A stretch of DNA of 29,199 bases. Origin: a virus. Lineage: Duplodnaviria > Caudoviricetes. Below, piece after piece: positions 27,085 to 29,199 of the stretch (position 1 is the first letter of the stretch; the number at the start of each line of letters is the position of its first letter). The notes beneath the pieces are model-generated. The model searched no databases and had not been told where the DNA came from. It was given only the letters and a program-made list of their open reading frames with translations. The stretch covers positions 1-29,199 of the IMG/VR virus record IMGVR_UViG_3300012952_000087; one strand, written 5' to 3'. Position numbers and translations under genes: made by a program.

Positions 27085-28298
27085 GGTGCTATGTAACTAG
27101 GGTCACTATTACGTTTAAGACCAGCTCTATTTAGAAGGAATTCAGTACGTTGAGGACTAAACCTTGCTGAATGACGTACAGGTAAGTAGAAGTACCATAT
27201 TTGATTAGTTAAGTACGCTCCGTAAGTAGTAAGAGCATACGCTGCTAATCTTTCTGTCTCACTATCAATATCAGCACCCCACCAATCACTTTCGGGTATG
27301 TATACTACTTGACATGCTGTTTTAATTGTATAGACCACTGTATCCAGTTCAGTGGGTTTCATTTGTAACATCTGACCCATCCTAGGAGCCACGTCCGTCC
27401 CATCTACAATATATTTTGTATATTCATCCCATTTATCGTTACCGTAAGTTGCTGCTTTATCTCTATCAGTATTAACCCACTCATTATAAGTTTCTTGGTC
27501 GGAGTTCCATCCGCCGCCGTCATTTTGCAAGAATGGTTGAGACGGATATCCATTCACATCATTTGGAAACTCTAGTTTACCTTGTGAAGGAAGCTCGGCG
27601 TTACGGTACATCCAAGGTCCATCTTCTCTAATTCTGAATAACTCTTTATAATCCTCTAAAGACGGCGTAGGGTTTCCATCCTTATCAAAGTCCACAAATC
27701 TTGCTGCATCAACCTGCATGTTCGGTTGACCATAGAACATACCATTGGCAAATCTCAACTCCTGATCATAGAATGCATACTCAGAACAATACCCTGAAAG
27801 CTTTGAAATACCCAAAGCACCCAGAGTGGCAAGGTTCACACCTAGGACATTCTGAGTGATATTGACACCAGGATCAATAGATCCAGTTTGAGCCCATGCA
27901 TGATTGAGTGGATTGATATTACCCCAACCTCTACCCTGTGCCTGAGTGTCATACATGGTCTGCTCCCAGACTGGAAGACCATCTTCAGGGTCACGAGGCC
28001 ATAGGTCAATTCTGTCAATGCTTGTCTGAGTACTGACAATCTTTTCGCCTTTAAAAGCAGAGACCATCCAAATCTGAGTATCCTCTATATCTTCCCATGT
28101 AATCCAAGGAGGAGTCTGTGAGATTAGTCCTGGTTTTAATCCATCCCAAAACTTCGTATGATTCTTAGGATAGAACCTACCTGAATAAAATGGTACACCA
28201 TTACCAGATAACTGTCCCAACTTTCCAATATCAGCAAGTTCAACAGGACCAATACCTCCCATTGATGGTGCTAATATGTTAATGAAGGGAACAGTCAT
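27081..28298 (-). CDS. Hypothetical protein (405 aa), Trp/Pro/Asp-rich, translationally coupled to PAAR; possibly virion-associated
   Basis: Long ORF with ATGA overlaps at both ends. No catalytic motif recognised. Confidence 0.8.
   Translation of the reverse strand: MTVPFINILAPSMGGIGPVELADIGKLGQLSGNGVPFYSGRFYPKNHTKFWDGLKPGLISQTPPWITWEDIEDTQIWMVSAFKGEKIVSTQTSIDRIDLWPRDPEDGLPVWEQTMYDTQAQGRGWGNINPLNHAWAQTGSIDPGVNITQNVLGVNLATLGALGISKLSGYCSEYAFYDQELRFANGMFYGQPNMQVDAARFVDFDKDGNPTPSLEDYKELFRIREDGPWMYRNAELPSQGKLEFPNDVNGYPSQPFLQNDGGGWNSDQETYNEWVNTDRDKAATYGNDKWDEYTKYIVDGTDVAPRMGQMLQMKPTELDTVVYTIKTACQVVYIPESDWWGADIDSETERLAAYALTTYGAYLTNQIWYFYLPVRHSARFSPQRTEFLLNRAGLKRNSDPSYIAP
27128..27135 (-). promoter_or_regulatory. 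Possible late promoter TCTAAATA upstream of the PAAR gene
   Basis: Same octamer as the one before gp25, about 44 nt upstream of the PAAR ATG, inside the end of the 405-aa gene. Confidence 0.4.
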
Positions 28299-28498
28299 CC
28301 TTTTAACTCTTCTATACTATTATGTAAATAATCAAGAGTCTGTGCTATCGTCTGATGATCCTTCGCTAAGGGAGGTTTGTACATCAAACGAGGTTTCTCC
28401 AGTGAGGAGATTCTCTGCTCCATCGTGGTTAATCTCTCTGATAACTCTTGGAGTAACTCGTTGCACTGCTGCATTGTCAATTGGTTGTCTGCTGTCAT
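28295..28498 (-). CDS. Hypothetical coiled-coil protein (likely 67 aa from ATG 28498 rather than TTG 28558)
   Basis: AGGA Shine-Dalgarno (28509-28506) 7 nt before ATG 28498. Heptads LLQELSERLTTMEQRISSLE and QTLDYLHNSIEELK. Its TGA overlaps the ATG of the 405-aa gene. Confidence 0.7.
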   Translation of the reverse strand: MTADNQLTMQQCNELLQELSERLTTMEQRISSLEKPRLMYKPPLAKDHQTIAQTLDYLHNSIEELKG

Positions 28499-28598
28499 TA
28501 TCTTGTCCTGAGAATCTCTGTGCTGCTCCTGCTTCAAATCCATCGCAGAATTCTTCAAAGTTATCTAATATACGTTGGTAGTTCTTTCTAGGATCCAT
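28332..28598 (-). CDS. Hypothetical acidic protein (likely 88 aa from ATG 28598, MDPRKNY...)
   Basis: ATG overlaps the end of the 100-aa gene by 11 nt. The amphipathic N-terminus YQRILDNFEEFCDGFE covers a stretch that would otherwise be non-coding. The C-terminal 167 nt overlap the 67-aa ORF in another frame. Confidence 0.6.
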   Translation of the reverse strand: MDPRKNYQRILDNFEEFCDGFEAGAAQRFSGQDNDSRQPIDNAAVQRVTPRVIREINHDGAENLLTGETSFDVQTSLSEGSSDDSTDS

Positions 28599-28890
28599 AT
28601 TTAATACCTGATGGGGATTCGGGCGGACCATCGTGTGTAAACTTCGGAAATCTTGTCTGTGTTTCCAATTCGTTTAAACGATCTTCCATTTCGTTGAGTT
28701 TTATAGCAACGTTCTCTAAGGCATCCACAATTCTTGCGATTTGCTTGTCATGTACCACTACTGCGTACTTCGGATTCTCTAAGAGTTGCTGGTGGGCGAT
28801 TTCGTCAGGACTTTCTGCCTTTACGTCCACAATGTCTGTGTTAGGAGCCATAATTTTAAATGCTTTATTTGGTTCGTCTTTTTTCACCAT
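28588..28890 (-). CDS. Hypothetical coiled-coil protein (100 aa), first gene after the late promoter
   Basis: ORF with heptads IVDALENVAIKLNEMEDRLNELE, preceded by an A-rich leader and GATAAATA. Confidence 0.8.
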   Translation of the reverse strand: MVKKDEPNKAFKIMAPNTDIVDVKAESPDEIAHQQLLENPKYAVVVHDKQIARIVDALENVAIKLNEMEDRLNELETQTRFPKFTHDGPPESPSGIKYGS

Positions 28891-28948
28891 TTTTTTGCTG
28901 GAAAAATTTTTTGAAAATCAAGGTTTTGAAATTTCAATTTTGTAAAAC

Positions 28949-28956
28949 TATTTATC
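28949..28956 (-). promoter_or_regulatory. Late promoter GATAAATA at the head of the structural region
   Basis: NATAAATA match, intergenic, downstream of a terminator and about 59 nt upstream of ATG 28890. Confidence 0.65.
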
Positions 28957-29031
28957 TCTCGTTGGGATACTTTTGTAGACTTGCATATGGTTAGGAGTCC
29001 CACTCGGCATCGCCCCCACCGCTAAGGGCAA

Positions 29032-29060
29032 TAAAAAAACCCTGTCGTGTCGGACAGGGT
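29032..29060 (-). terminator. Rho-independent terminator
   Basis: Minus strand ACCCTGTC-CGACAC-GACAGGGT followed by TTTTTTA, 11 nt after the TAA at 29072. Confidence 0.85.
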
Positions 29061-29071
29061 GTGTTATACTG

Positions 29072-29199
29072 TTAGAAGCAACCGTTGCGACTGTCGCCCC
29101 AACCATTTCTGAAATACTCCTCACGTTCTCGGTTTCTGCATTGGGGGTCGCCCAAGTCATCCAAGACATCCTGTAAGAAATTCACTGGTGAAACCTCAA
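29072..29199 (-). CDS. C-terminal end of a small hypothetical protein entering from outside the window
   Basis: Open frame ...EVSPVNFLQDVLDDLGDPQCRNREREEYFRNGWGDSRNGCF* ending at TAA 29074-29072, immediately followed by the terminator. Confidence 0.7.
   Translation of the reverse strand, partial: EVSPVNFLQDVLDDLGDPQCRNREREEYFRNGWGDSRNGCF

Noticed and set aside
6202-28039. Short alternative-frame minus-strand ORFs nested in large genes (6202-6396, 15287-15502, 17690-17884, 21959-22219, 27842-28039)
   Set aside because: Leu/Ile-rich off-frame translations typical of AT-rich DNA, with no coupling or RBS evidence, unlike the 28.3-28.6 kb pair.
28295-28598. Rz/Rz1 spanin interpretation of the overlapping gene pair
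   Set aside because: Neither ORF has an N-terminal transmembrane segment or a signal peptide with a lipobox.
2493-28945. All plus-strand ORFs in the track (e.g. 7521-8078, 5184-5513, 13133-13429, 28276-28581)
   Set aside because: They are antisense shadows of well-supported minus-strand genes, with no recognisable motifs and a composition expected from reverse-complemented biased codons.
29062-29070. Plus-strand TGtTATACT, a possible antisense extended -10 promoter
   Set aside because: No usable -35 and no plus-strand gene visible downstream; it cannot be distinguished from chance.
28948-29169. 73-aa minus-strand ORF from the track
   Set aside because: It reads through the intrinsic terminator and the late promoter. 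A different frame ending at TAA 29072, just before the terminator, explains the region better.
1-29199. CRISPR array, tRNA or rRNA genes
   Set aside because: Nearly all of the window is protein-coding, and no regularly spaced repeats or cloverleaf/T-loop signatures were seen in the short intergenic gaps.

Overview
This window is a minus-strand, AT-rich segment of a T4-like cyanomyovirus genome (Kyanoviridae-like; Prochlorococcus/Synechococcus phage type). It covers the start of the late structural region. Read right to left in the direction of transcription: the 3' end of a small gene, an intrinsic terminator, and a GC-rich structured spacer with an A-tract leader and a late promoter; three short hypothetical genes, two of which overlap in different frames; a 405-aa unknown and a PAAR spike-tip protein (gp5.4-like); a three-gene cassette with its own sigma70-type extended -10 promoter; then gp25, gp6, a giant gp7-like wedge protein, gp8, a 2822-aa DUF4815/VrlC-like structural protein, a 70-aa protein and two modular fibre-like proteins, the last cut by the window edge. 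The cassette encodes an unannotated 45-aa Lys/Arg-rich peptide, a minimal SET-domain methyltransferase and a 2OG-Fe(II) oxygenase, chained by 4-nt stop/start overlaps. It is the most striking candidate for an undescribed system, possibly a phage protein-methylation module (substrate, writer, oxidase). Family assignments come from recognising motifs by eye and from gene order; no database searches were run.
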